This document shows, piece by piece, positions 1 to 8,815 of a DNA stretch of 45,923 bases. The notes beneath the pieces were generated by a model, which saw only the letters and a list, made by a program, of their open reading frames with translations, made no database searches and had not been told where the DNA came from. Origin of the DNA: an uncultured Bacilli bacterium (lineage in GTDB: Bacteria; Bacillota_I; Bacilli_A; RF39; UBA660). The DNA lies in assembly GCA_944372485.1 (NCBI GenBank), contig CALVZI010000009.1, positions 1 to 45,923 on the forward strand, written 5' to 3'. How positions within the stretch are numbered: position 1 is the stretch's first letter; each line of letters begins with the position of its first letter. The position numbers and the translations under genes are program-made.

Positions 1-50
1 CAAATTAATGTTTCTGATTTTAGTCTTTGAATTTTTTCTTCAACTCTCAT
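1..50 (-). CDS. 5' end of an unidentified gene running off the left edge (partial)
   Basis: Reverse strand reads GGAAGGTGA-N4-ATG then MRVEEKIQRLKSETLI, open to the window edge; only 16 codons visible. Confidence 0.3.
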   Translation of the reverse strand, partial: MRVEEKIQRLKSETLI

Positions 51-190
51 AACTTCACCTTCCCAATTAAATTGTATCAAATCTTGTAGAATTTAACTAT
101 TTAATTTTATTATAAGAGTTCTCATAATAATAACAACTATTCTTGAATTAATTATAACATAAATTTTTGATAAGATTATTATTTTGAATT

Positions 191-219
191 TTAAACATTG
201 TATTATTTTATGATATAAT
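191..219 (+). promoter_or_regulatory. candidate sigma-A promoter of the C39-like peptidase gene
   Basis: TTAAAC (191-196), 17 nt, TATAAT (214-219) preceded by TG at 211-212 (extended -10); 45 nt upstream of ATG 264. Confidence 0.4.
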
Positions 220-263
220 TTGTTTAATAGAAATAACTAAATTTTATTGAAAGGAAAAATTAA

Positions 264-857
264 ATGGATAAAAATGTTAAACCATATAAACAAAAAGGTG
301 ATACTTGTGCAATTGTTTGTATGTTAATGGTTTTAGAGTATTATAAAAAAATAGAAAAAATAAATTGGTATGAAGAAAGAAGATTATATAGAATCTATGG
401 TTCAAAATATATGAATGGGACTCCTTTTTCAGCAATTGCATATCATATGTCAAAGAATGGATTAACTACAACTATATATCACGAAGATAATAATTTATTC
501 AATAATAATAAGAATATAATGGATAAGAATCTTTTTGATTTAGCTATGAATGAATACAAAGAATATTTGACTTATGCAAAAAAAGAAGGTACAAGAATAT
601 TAAACGGTATTAAAATTGATGTAAATATTTTGAAAGAAGAATTGAAAAAGGGTAGTTTAATAATATTAGCTGGAAGCATAAAAAATATTTATCATGCAAT
701 ATTACTTACAGGATATGATAAAGATAGTTTTAAAGTTTGTGATCCTTTATATAAAACTAAACAAACAAGAACTTATGATGAAATAGAACAATTTATGAAT
801 ACTGATATTGGAAAGTGGCTTATTGCTATAAATAAAAAATACTTAAAAGATAAATAA
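264..857 (+). CDS. stand-alone C39-like papain-fold cysteine peptidase; no signal peptide, no transporter domain
   Basis: QKGDTCAIVCMLMVLEYY resembles the C39 catalytic Cys block (compare NEKDCGVCSLAMIIKYYGG of the ABC exporter at 33026). Downstream YHAILLTGYD...CDP supplies candidate His/Asp. RBS AAAGGAAAA. Confidence 0.55.
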   Translation: MDKNVKPYKQKGDTCAIVCMLMVLEYYKKIEKINWYEERRLYRIYGSKYMNGTPFSAIAYHMSKNGLTTTIYHEDNNLFNNNKNIMDKNLFDLAMNEYKEYLTYAKKEGTRILNGIKIDVNILKEELKKGSLIILAGSIKNIYHAILLTGYDKDSFKVCDPLYKTKQTRTYDEIEQFMNTDIGKWLIAINKKYLKDK

Positions 858-974
858 GTATTTTTTGTTAATTATTTAAAAAATTTTTAATTATTATATA
901 AAAGTTAATATGCTTATTAATTATTATATGTCTAGTATACTAATAGATAGGGGATATTTATTTAAATCATAATT

Positions 975-1703
975 TTATTTAATTAATTTTTTAATTCTAT
1001 TTTTAGTTTTTATAATACATTCATCAATAGTTGTATTATTATGGTTTAATAATTCTTCATAAAATATATTATTATCTTCTTTTAAATAAACTTTTTTTTC
1101 AGTAGAAATAATTCGTTTATTATTTTCAAATTCATTCATCTTATCTTTTGAAATATATTGTAAATGATTAATAGAAAGAAATGGAATTATATATAAACCG
1201 TTAATTTCTTCATCATAAGATTCATCATATCCAATGAATATATATATTGGCTTATTTAATAATTGTTGATTTGTTTCAGCAATATATGAATTAATTATAT
1301 GTATATTTTCGTATCTTATACAGTTTATTAATTGTCGTAATGTTAGTTCATATTTTAAAGAACTTATATTTATTTCTAAATAGTCTAATAAAATTTTTTC
1401 ATATAGTTCATCGTAATATTTTAAAAAGTTCAAATAAGTAGAATCTATATTAAAAGAAATAATAACATCATCACGTTTCATATTTTTTATTAAATTTTTT
1501 TCTGTTATTGTATTAAAAATGTTTTTCTTTATTTTATTTAGTCTTTTTTCAATTTTATTTTGATTTCTATAAATTTGTAATAATTTTTCTTCATTAATTT
1601 TATTTATATTAAGTAAAGTGGTAGTATATTTAAGATAGCTTAACTGTAATTTTTTTATTTTTTTTAATTCACTGATTAATTCATTTAAGACCATAATATT
1701 CAC
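975..1703 (-). CDS. hypothetical protein (242 aa), no recognisable motif
   Basis: Uninterrupted ORF with strong RBS (AAGGAG-N8-ATG on the reverse strand); Lys/Asn/Ile-rich with a helical-looking N-terminus. Confidence 0.6.
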   Translation of the reverse strand: MNIMVLNELISELKKIKKLQLSYLKYTTTLLNINKINEEKLLQIYRNQNKIEKRLNKIKKNIFNTITEKNLIKNMKRDDVIISFNIDSTYLNFLKYYDELYEKILLDYLEINISSLKYELTLRQLINCIRYENIHIINSYIAETNQQLLNKPIYIFIGYDESYDEEINGLYIIPFLSINHLQYISKDKMNEFENNKRIISTEKKVYLKEDNNIFYEELLNHNNTTIDECIIKTKNRIKKLIK

Positions 1704-1789
1704 TCCTTATCTATTTTTATTTTATTATTATTTATTTAATAAGTAAAATATATATTTGTTATGTTAATTATAAATATTAGTTATTATAA

Positions 1790-1821
1790 AAAACAACTTA
1801 TTAATTTATTTAAGTTGTTTT
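1790..1821 (-). terminator. rho-independent terminator at the natural end of the HD gene frame
   Basis: Perfect 11-bp stem AAAACAACTTA / TAAGTTGTTTT (1790-1800 / 1811-1821) with a 10-nt loop; U-rich on the minus-strand RNA (GUUGUUUUUUAUAAU) and also T-rich on the plus side. Confidence 0.55.
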
Positions 1822-1984
1822 ATTTTTTTTTTATTTTATTTTTTATTACATAATTAGATACTGCTTTAAAATTATCATCATATGGGTAAGTTCTTTGACC
1901 AAATTTTAACCACATAGTTGACCATGACTCACCATCTTCAAGTAATTCTTTTACAATAGGGTTATTTAAAGTATTATTTCCATT

Positions 1985-2455
1985 TTAATTATTTAAGTCA
2001 ACACAATTTTCTTCATCATATAATTTACACTGAAGATCACATTCTAATTTGTCACATTGATAAGCAAATAATGCTTCTTTAGTTTTTCTTTCATCAAATT
2101 CTAAAAATAATTGTTCAATATGTTTACCATCTAATAAATTATTTAATATTTTATGAACTGCTTCATGTTCAATTTTTTCTTTTTCAGTTTTAGATATTTC
2201 AAATTGCGTTAAATCACCAATAACTGCTTCACCAAGTTCGTGAATAGCTAACATATAAATAACTTTTTTTATGTCAATATCATATTCATATTCTGAATAC
2301 ATAGCAATCGCAAGCATTTGAACTCCAAATATGTGTTCAGCAACACTTTCAATTCTTTCTTTTTTTACATTCCAGTTTTTCCAACCAGTTCTAATAACAT
2401 TTTTAAGTTTATTACATACTAAATAAAATTCTATAACATTTTGTTCTTTAGACAT
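1985..2455 (-). CDS. HD-domain phosphohydrolase, YfbR/HDDC2 (HD_3)-like 5'-deoxynucleotidase; apparently truncated by an in-frame TAA (see finding)
   Basis: RTGW...ESVAEHIFGVQMLA...LAIHELGEAVIGDLT carries the H...HD...D metal-binding pattern of this family. The frame continues open for 54 more codons after the stop, down to 1820. Confidence 0.8.
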   Translation of the reverse strand: MSKEQNVIEFYLVCNKLKNVIRTGWKNWNVKKERIESVAEHIFGVQMLAIAMYSEYEYDIDIKKVIYMLAIHELGEAVIGDLTQFEISKTEKEKIEHEAVHKILNNLLDGKHIEQLFLEFDERKTKEALFAYQCDKLECDLQCKLYDEENCVDLNN

Positions 2456-2492
2456 AAAATGGCCACGTTTCTTTTGTTTATAATAATAAATA

Positions 2493-3395
2493 TTATTTTA
2501 AAATTTTATTTTCTTCTAGTTGTATTTTCAATTCATAATCATTATAAATATTTTCTATAATATTTTGTAAGATATTATTACGATTATTATTGTTTTTTGA
2601 TAAATCTAGTTTAAATAGATTTACAGCATTTTCAAAATTGTTACAATTAACATTGTGTATTAAATTATTAATGATATCTTTTTGTTGGCTATATGGCAAA
2701 GTAGAGAAGTTTGTTGAATAAATTTGAGCAAGCATATAACCAGAATCAATTGCTTTTTCATTAAAATTTCTATAATTATTAATACTATAAATAGAGTTTA
2801 TTCTTTTAAAGAAAGTAGATATTCTACGATTTAATATATCTTCTTGTAATATTTTTTTATCAATGTTATATTTTAATAATTGTTCATCAGTTAAATTAAG
2901 TAAATAGGAATCTAATAAACGTTCCATTGATTGAGCACAAGTTTCAGTTAAAACTCTTCTTGTTTCTAAATTATTATTTTTAGAGTCAAAAAGATGAGTA
3001 AACTCATGAGAAATTGTGTATAAATCACGTAAGTCACCATATTTGGTTAATTCAAGTTTTCTAGTGTCAGCATTTGCTTTAGGATTATCTCCAAATGTAA
3101 TATTATTTTGATCATGCATACGCATTTTAAAATAATTTGTGAAATCTACATTTATTTCATTAAAAAAATTTGTTGCAATCTCGATAGTATCATTAAAGTT
3201 TAGTTTGGTTTTTAAAGGGTACATTTCTTTTTTAGAAATATATTCTTGAGTTATATTATTTACGTTAATATTATTATTTAATTCGTTATAAAAGTTACTA
3301 ATAATAGCAGAGAAGTTATTAGCCAAAGAAAGATCATCATAATAAAATTCTAATATATCATCTCTTTTTTTATTTATAATATCATTATTATTCAT
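2493..3395 (-). CDS. small HExxH zinc metallopeptidase, M3 (oligoendopeptidase F)-like catalytic core only
   Basis: TISHEFTHLFD followed about 20 aa later by LTETCAQSMERLL, resembling the M3 HExxH...aEvAStfnE arrangement; 300 aa, no signal peptide. Confidence 0.55.
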   Translation of the reverse strand: MNNNDIINKKRDDILEFYYDDLSLANNFSAIISNFYNELNNNINVNNITQEYISKKEMYPLKTKLNFNDTIEIATNFFNEINVDFTNYFKMRMHDQNNITFGDNPKANADTRKLELTKYGDLRDLYTISHEFTHLFDSKNNNLETRRVLTETCAQSMERLLDSYLLNLTDEQLLKYNIDKKILQEDILNRRISTFFKRINSIYSINNYRNFNEKAIDSGYMLAQIYSTNFSTLPYSQQKDIINNLIHNVNCNNFENAVNLFKLDLSKNNNNRNNILQNIIENIYNDYELKIQLEENKILK

Positions 3396-3440
3396 TGAAC
3401 ATCATCCTTTTTTTAATTATATAATAAAATCATTTTTTTA

Positions 3441-3468
3441 ACAATAAAAAACTTACAAAAGTAAGCTT
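3441..3468 (-). terminator. rho-independent terminator of the 272-aa HD gene
   Basis: Minus-strand RNA AAGCUUAC-UUUU-GUAAGUUU followed by UUUUAUUGUU; the hairpin abuts the stop codon at 3467. Confidence 0.5.
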
Positions 3469-4276
3469 ATTTATTTAAAGTTAATTGTTTTTGTTTATCT
3501 ATATAATCAATTATTTTTTGCTTAATCTCTTCTATAGATAAAACTGTATCTAATTTTATATATACTGCATATATTAATTCATCAAAAGTCATGTATTCAT
3601 TATATTTTTTTATTTCATTGAAAATAAACATTAAATTTTCTTCTGAAGTATTAATTTCATTTATTTCAATAAATTTTTGTTTAAATAAATCTTTATTTTT
3701 AACTAATTTAGTACATTCATTAATAAAATTCTCAAAGTCTTTATCTTTAAAATATACTTTTTTTATAGCATATCCATTTTTACTGTATTTTTTATTAATA
3801 TGATTTCTTGCATCTTCAATTATTTCATCTAATGTATCATTTGGATTATTTGCAAGTCGATATGTAAAAGTTCTTTTTATTGTTTTATTTAAACTCATAC
3901 TACGATCAGCAGTTGAAACAATTTTTCCATATATACTTCTAGGTTCAGTTTTTAAACTAGCACGATGATCAGCAACGGCTTCTTTCATTATAATTATTTC
4001 ATCATCAGTAAAGAATATTTTTAAATTTTTATCCTGTTCTAATATTTCAGATGATATTTTTTCATGATTTTTGGCGTCAATATAATGTCCTATATCGTGA
4101 TAACTAGCAATGGTATAGACCATATTATAATTAATATTTGGGACTTCTTTTGCAAACATTAAACTTCTATTAATAACATATTTAATATGTTCTAAATTAT
4201 GTCCAGTATCATTTTTTTGATATGATGTAAAAATATTTTGTTCAATATATTTTTTTAATTCGTTATTAATGTTCAT
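3467..4276 (-). CDS. HD-domain metal-dependent phosphohydrolase (YpgQ/YedJ-like) with C-terminal extension
   Basis: HNLEHIKYV...ASYHDIGHYID...ADHRAS...STADRS is an HD superfamily motif set. ATG at 4276 (MNINNELKKY) is better spaced from GGATGTGA than the GTG at 4285. Confidence 0.75.
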   Translation of the reverse strand: MNINNELKKYIEQNIFTSYQKNDTGHNLEHIKYVINRSLMFAKEVPNINYNMVYTIASYHDIGHYIDAKNHEKISSEILEQDKNLKIFFTDDEIIIMKEAVADHRASLKTEPRSIYGKIVSTADRSMSLNKTIKRTFTYRLANNPNDTLDEIIEDARNHINKKYSKNGYAIKKVYFKDKDFENFINECTKLVKNKDLFKQKFIEINEINTSEENLMFIFNEIKKYNEYMTFDELIYAVYIKLDTVLSIEEIKQKIIDYIDKQKQLTLNK

Positions 4277-4305
4277 ATAAATCACATCCTTTCTAAAATA
4301 TTATA

Positions 4306-4340
4306 CTACAAATTAATGAAAAAAATCGTAGTAATATACG
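4306..4340 (-). terminator. rho-independent terminator of the 145-aa gene
   Basis: Stem AATCGT / ACGATT (4314-4319 / 4328-4333) followed on the minus-strand RNA by UUUUUUC. Confidence 0.45.
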
Positions 4341-4348
4341 ATTCTTTT

Positions 4349-4786
4349 TTATAGGAATTTTTTTAATTTTTCAACTGCATCTTCTTGCATAGAAACATAT
4401 TCATCCATTAATTTATTAACTTCTGGATCAGTATGTTTATGATTTAATAATTTTCTTCCTTCAATAATTCCCATGTTTGTTCCTTGTAATAAAATTTCAG
4501 CAATTTTAGATGAACTTTTATCAGTAATAGTTTTCATTCCAATACCATACCATGTTAGAGCTTTATTTAATGCATTAGTTTCATGTGGTTCATTGTTACT
4601 GTATTCTGGATACAATTCAGATATTCTTTTTGTTATATTATTATATTTTTCATATTGTTCATTTAATACTTGTTTTAAATTATCATCTTCAACTTTATCT
4701 AATACAAAATGAATTGCATCTTTTCCCATACAAGCTCCTTTATTAAGTTCATCTAATACATTAATTTCATTTTCTTGTTCGTTCAT
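4349..4786 (-). CDS. small cytoplasmic helical protein, possibly a ferritin-like four-helix bundle (DUF-type)
   Basis: 145-aa ORF with its own terminator and helical heptad-like composition. Family assignment is a guess from overall pattern only. Confidence 0.45.
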   Translation of the reverse strand: MNEQENEINVLDELNKGACMGKDAIHFVLDKVEDDNLKQVLNEQYEKYNNITKRISELYPEYSNNEPHETNALNKALTWYGIGMKTITDKSSSKIAEILLQGTNMGIIEGRKLLNHKHTDPEVNKLMDEYVSMQEDAVEKLKKFL

Positions 4787-4828
4787 TTAATCACCTAATA
4801 TCATAATGGTTAATTATTAAAAAAATAT

Positions 4829-4855
4829 ACAAAAAAACAAGTTATTTACTTGTTT
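4829..4855 (-). terminator. rho-independent terminator of the lipoprotein gene
   Basis: Stem AACAAGT / ACTTGTT (4836-4842 / 4848-4854) overlapping the stop codon; the minus-strand RNA is followed by UUUUUUUG. Confidence 0.55.
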
Positions 4856-5237
4856 CATTAGCGTTCTTATATATTTCTAATAGAGTAGAAAGGTTTGCTC
4901 CATCTTTCTTGTTATCTTCACTAGTTGCGATTAATTGACTACTATATTTATAATATTCATCAACATTATTTTTGCTAAAATCTTCTAAACTAAAAGTTTC
5001 TTTAATAATTTCTAAAGTTTTACTATAATCTTTTTTTATTTTATTAAAAGCTTTTTCGTTATCTTTAAAAATTGGATCATCATTTACATTTGAACATATT
5101 GCATATTCATCTTTAAATTCAATTTCTTTATTAGCCATTTCTTTATTATAACTTCCCATACATTTATTGTTAGGTACAACACCACATCCTGCACACATTA
5201 ATAATCCAATAATGGAAATAATTATTATTTTTTTCAT
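4842..5237 (-). CDS. lipoprotein of unknown function
   Basis: MKKIIIISIIGLLMCAGC is a signal peptide plus lipobox-like AGC. RBS AAAGAGG lies 9 nt before ATG 5237 (the track ORF starts at TTG 5246). Confidence 0.65.
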   Translation of the reverse strand: MKKIIIISIIGLLMCAGCGVVPNNKCMGSYNKEMANKEIEFKDEYAICSNVNDDPIFKDNEKAFNKIKKDYSKTLEIIKETFSLEDFSKNNVDEYYKYSSQLIATSEDNKKDGANLSTLLEIYKNANETSK

Positions 5238-5284
5238 AATAATCAACCTCTTTCTATAACATGTTTATTATATCATGTAAAAGG

Positions 5285-5312
5285 TTAAAAGTATATATTT
5301 TTATGTTATAAT
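5285..5312 (+). promoter_or_regulatory. candidate promoter of the large membrane protein gene
   Basis: TTAAAA (5285-5290), 16 nt, TATAAT (5307-5312) with TG at 5304-5305 (extended -10). Confidence 0.4.
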
Positions 5313-5332
5313 GTTTAAAGAAGGTGATTTTT

Positions 5333-7147
5333 TTGAAAAATTTAAGAAGTGTTATTATTGCAATAATTATTGTTTTTTCTTGTTTTTTTGATCAATTAGG
5401 TTTATATAATGATAATTTTAATATAAGAAATCCATTTACTATTGATTTATTTATATTAGGATTATTAGCTGTTATAACAATATACTTTTTAAACAAAATA
5501 AAATTAAAAGAAATCCATATTTTACAAAAAATACTAGCCTTATTATTTGGTATATTTATGGTTTTAGGTGATAGTTTTCACAAATTAAATTCATGGAATA
5601 TGTTATTTGATAGTTATTTATTAATTTTAATTACAATAATTAGAGTAATAGGTTATAGTTTCATTTTTATTATGATTTTTAATTATTTAAATAAATGGTT
5701 AAATAAAAGTGAAAAAATAAAAAAATGTAAATCTAAATTTTGTTTATATTTTGATAATCATCCTATAAAATGTTCTTTTATAGTTTTAATATTAGCTTGG
5801 TTAATTTATATGGTTGCATTTTATCCAATTATTTTATCACCAGATCCAAGTTATCAAATACTTCAATTCTTTAATATTCCAACAAAATATATTACATACG
5901 CGATTCCATTATCAAATGAAGTTAATTTAACTAATCATCATCCTGTTTTACATACGATGTTATTGGGTGGATTCTTAAAATTAGGAAGATTATTTGATAG
6001 TGATAATTTAGGCTTGTTTTTCTATAGTTTATTTCAAACATTTGTATTAATGAGTTCTTTAATTGCAACTATATATGTATTAAAAAAAGAGAATGTAAAT
6101 GTAAAAATTCGTTTAATATTACTTTGTTTTTATGCGTTTGTACCAATGTTTCCATTTTATGCAATGTCAGGTGTAAAAGACGTTCTTTATACTAGTTTTA
6201 TAATTTTTTATGGAATATTTATATATTTAATTGTTAAAAATAAAGATTTAAACAAAAAAGGTTTATTATTGTTTTTAATTAATATTATTTTAGTTGCACT
6301 CTTTAGAAATAATGGGGTATATGTAGTTTGTTTATCACTTCCATTTGTAATAATATTTAACAAAAAATATCGTAAAAGTTTATTATTAATTTTAATTATT
6401 TTTATAAGTTTTTATATTTCATTTGATAAAGTATTACTTCCAAGTTTAAAAATAACTAGTGGAAGTATTAGAGAAGTTTTATCTATTCCATTTCAACAGA
6501 CAGCTAGGCTTGCAAAAGAAAGTCCAGAATCTTTTACTAAAGAAGAAAAAGAAGTTGTTGATGGTATTCTTAATTTCGATACTTTAGCTAAACGTTATGA
6601 TCCTGAAAAATCAGATGATGTAAAAAATAAGTATGATCCAACTACAACAAATGAAGAGTTAAAAGAATATTTTAAAGTATGGTTTAGTGGATTATTAAAA
6701 CATCCAGAAGTTTATGTGGAAGCAACTATGAATAATGTTTATGGATATTTTTATCCAGGACATACTAGATGGTATATTTATGGTAAGTATTATTCTTTAA
6801 TAAATGATGAAGGAGTAGTTGATTATCACTATAATTCATTAAGTGGTCTTAGAAATGTTTTATTTGCAGTTGGAAAACATTTTCCATATGTACCGCTAAT
6901 TGGTTTAGTTTCAAATATTGGCTTTTATGGTTTAGTATTGTTAACTTTATTAGTTTATATAATTATTAAAAAGAAATATGAATATATATTTGTTATATTA
7001 CCATCATTAATAAGCTTATTAATTTGTATTGCATCTCCAGTAAATTCTTATTTTAGATATGCAATGCCATATATATTCTTTATACCATTTGTACTTTGTT
7101 TATTTATTAATGAAGTTAAATATAATAAGAAGAATACAAATAATTAA
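5333..7147 (+). CDS. large polytopic membrane protein, GT-C-like / DUF6020-like; candidate cell-envelope glycopolymer glycosyltransferase
   Basis: About 600 aa with more than 10 hydrophobic segments and one large hydrophilic loop (about residues 380-470). RBS GAAGGTGA lies 5 nt before TTG 5333 (the track ORF starts at GTG 5324). Sits beside teichoic-acid genes. Confidence 0.55.
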   Translation: MKNLRSVIIAIIIVFSCFFDQLGLYNDNFNIRNPFTIDLFILGLLAVITIYFLNKIKLKEIHILQKILALLFGIFMVLGDSFHKLNSWNMLFDSYLLILITIIRVIGYSFIFIMIFNYLNKWLNKSEKIKKCKSKFCLYFDNHPIKCSFIVLILAWLIYMVAFYPIILSPDPSYQILQFFNIPTKYITYAIPLSNEVNLTNHHPVLHTMLLGGFLKLGRLFDSDNLGLFFYSLFQTFVLMSSLIATIYVLKKENVNVKIRLILLCFYAFVPMFPFYAMSGVKDVLYTSFIIFYGIFIYLIVKNKDLNKKGLLLFLINIILVALFRNNGVYVVCLSLPFVIIFNKKYRKSLLLILIIFISFYISFDKVLLPSLKITSGSIREVLSIPFQQTARLAKESPESFTKEEKEVVDGILNFDTLAKRYDPEKSDDVKNKYDPTTTNEELKEYFKVWFSGLLKHPEVYVEATMNNVYGYFYPGHTRWYIYGKYYSLINDEGVVDYHYNSLSGLRNVLFAVGKHFPYVPLIGLVSNIGFYGLVLLTLLVYIIIKKKYEYIFVILPSLISLLICIASPVNSYFRYAMPYIFFIPFVLCLFINEVKYNKKNTNN

Positions 7148-7211
7148 ATTTGTGTTCTTTTTTTTTATTTCTAACATAATATGTATTGTACTAAAAAGAA
7201 AGGATGAATTT

Positions 7212-7472
7212 ATGGAAACATTAAAAGTTAGATCAAAATCTAATCCAAATTCTGTTGCAGGCGCACTTGCCAATGTATTTCGTGAGAAGGGTGAAGTAGA
7301 AATTCAAGCAGTAGGAGCTGGAGCTTTGAATCAAGCGATTAAAGCAATTGCAATTGCACGAGGATTTGTCGCACCATCAGGTAAAAATTTAGTATGCATT
7401 CCAGCATTTACAGATATTGTAATTGATGGGGAAGAAAGAACTGCTATTAAATTAATTGTAGAAGCTAAATAG
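7212..7472 (+). CDS. spoVS: stage V sporulation protein S (SpoVS family, 86 aa)
   Basis: METLKVRSKSNPNSVAGALANVFREKGEVEIQAVGAGALNQAIKAIAIARGF... is the characteristic SpoVS sequence. RBS AAAGGA precedes ATG 7212. The upstream part of the track ORF (7059-7211) overlaps the previous gene. Confidence 0.9.
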   Translation: METLKVRSKSNPNSVAGALANVFREKGEVEIQAVGAGALNQAIKAIAIARGFVAPSGKNLVCIPAFTDIVIDGEERTAIKLIVEAK

Positions 7473-7485
7473 CTTCTTTTTTTTT
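7461..7485 (+). terminator. rho-independent terminator of spoVS
   Basis: GAAGCT-AAAT-AGCTTC followed by T9; overlaps the TAG stop. Confidence 0.6.
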
Positions 7486-7520
7486 GTAAACTTTTGCCAT
7501 TTAATAAAAAAGCCTTCCAA

Positions 7521-7534
7521 AGAACATTTGTTCG
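7521..7534 (+). promoter_or_regulatory. LexA operator (Cheo/SOS box)
   Basis: AGAACATTTGTTCG matches the Gram-positive consensus CGAAC-N4-GTTCG at 9 of 10 defined positions; lies 8 nt upstream of TATAAT 7543-7548. Confidence 0.7.
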
Positions 7535-7558
7535 TGTTAAAATATAATTGGTGATTTG

Positions 7559-8815
7559 ATGAAACGTTTTTATTTGTGTATTGATTTAAAAACTTTTTAT
7601 GCTTCTGTTGAATGTGTTGAAAGAGGACTTGATCCTTTTAAAGTTGATTTAATAGTTGCAGATGCAAAAAAAGGTAATGGTGCAATTTGTCTTGCTATTT
7701 CACCTAAAATGAAAGCTAGAGGAATAAGAAATAGATGTCGGGTTTGGGAGATACCAAAATATGTTCACCCAATAATTGCTAAACCACGAATGAAAAAATA
7801 TATTGAATACTCAGCTAAAATTTATAGTGTTTATTTAAAATATGTTTCTAAAGAAGATATTCATCCATATTCTATTGATGAAATGTTTTTAGATGTTACT
7901 AATTATTTAAAACTTTATAAAAAAAATCCAATTGAGCTTGCTAAAACAATTATCGACGATGTATATAAAACAACAGGTATTACAGCTACTGCAGGTATAG
8001 GTACAAATCTTTATTTAACTAAAATTGCGTTAGATATAACAGCAAAACATTCCAAAACTAATATTGGTTATTTAGATGAAGAAAAATATAAAAAAAAGTT
8101 ATGGCACCACACACCAATTACTGATTTTTGGAGAATTAATATTGGAACAGAAAACAGACTTCATAAACTTCATTTGAAAGATATGTATGATGTGGCTCAT
8201 TGTGATCAAAAAATATTATATAAAGAGTTTGGTAAGAATGCAAAATTTTTAATTGATCATGCTTGGGGGATTGAACCGTGTACAATTGCTGATATTAAAT
8301 CTTATAAGCCAAAACATAATTCTTTTTCTAATAGTCAAATATTATTTAAAGATTATAATTTTGAACAAACTCGTATTGTATTATCTGAAATGATTGATAA
8401 TATGGTTTTAAGATTAGTTGAAAAAAAATTATATACATCATATATAGGTATTTATATAGGTTATTCTAAAAATGTTATTAAACCATTAAAATTTTCTTTT
8501 AAATTAGAAGAAGCTACATCTAGTTATAAATTTATTTTAAATAAAGTTCTTGAAGAATATGATTATCGTATTAATGAACAATTTTTAATAAGAAGAATTG
8601 GTATTACTTTTGGAAATGTCTCTAAAAAGAAATATGAACAAATTAATTTATTTAATTCATTTGAATTAGAAAAAGAAGAAAATAAATTAGAAGAAACAGT
8701 TATAAAAATTAAAAATAAATTTGGTAAAAATTCAATACTTCGAGCTACTAGTTATTTAAGTGATGCGACAGGAAGAGAGCGTAATAAATTAATAGGAGGT
8801 CATAATGCAGAATAA
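7559..8815 (+). CDS. Y-family (translesion) DNA polymerase, UvrX/YqjW/UmuC-like
   Basis: CIDLKTFYASVECVERGLDP and YSIDEMFLDVT are the catalytic Asp / Asp-Glu blocks of Y-family polymerases; SOS box upstream; YolD-like gene overlapping downstream. Confidence 0.85.
   Translation: MKRFYLCIDLKTFYASVECVERGLDPFKVDLIVADAKKGNGAICLAISPKMKARGIRNRCRVWEIPKYVHPIIAKPRMKKYIEYSAKIYSVYLKYVSKEDIHPYSIDEMFLDVTNYLKLYKKNPIELAKTIIDDVYKTTGITATAGIGTNLYLTKIALDITAKHSKTNIGYLDEEKYKKKLWHHTPITDFWRINIGTENRLHKLHLKDMYDVAHCDQKILYKEFGKNAKFLIDHAWGIEPCTIADIKSYKPKHNSFSNSQILFKDYNFEQTRIVLSEMIDNMVLRLVEKKLYTSYIGIYIGYSKNVIKPLKFSFKLEEATSSYKFILNKVLEEYDYRINEQFLIRRIGITFGNVSKKKYEQINLFNSFELEKEENKLEETVIKIKNKFGKNSILRATSYLSDATGRERNKLIGGHNAE

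Noticed and set aside
889-930. Direct repeat TAATTATTATAT (889-900 and 919-930) between convergent genes
   Set aside because: Pure A/T low-complexity sequence in a very AT-rich spacer; expected by chance.
1985-1987. In-frame TAA as evidence for stop-codon reassignment
   Set aside because: TAA is the ordinary terminator of most genes in this window, many immediately followed by hairpin terminators, so a recoded genetic code is not supported. The event is local (mutation, error or read-through).
3591-3803. 70-aa plus-strand ORF from the track
   Set aside because: Lies entirely antisense within the well-supported HD gene (3467-4276). Low-complexity Phe/Leu/Ile/Ser translation typical of the reverse frame of an AT-rich gene; no RBS.
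4473-4712. 79-aa plus-strand ORF
   Set aside because: Antisense inside the 4349-4786 gene; no RBS; shadow-ORF composition.
7059-7211. Upstream 51-codon extension of the SpoVS ORF
   Set aside because: It overlaps the end of the preceding membrane-protein gene and reads as low-complexity sequence. SpoVS family proteins are 86 aa, and ATG 7212 has a proper RBS.
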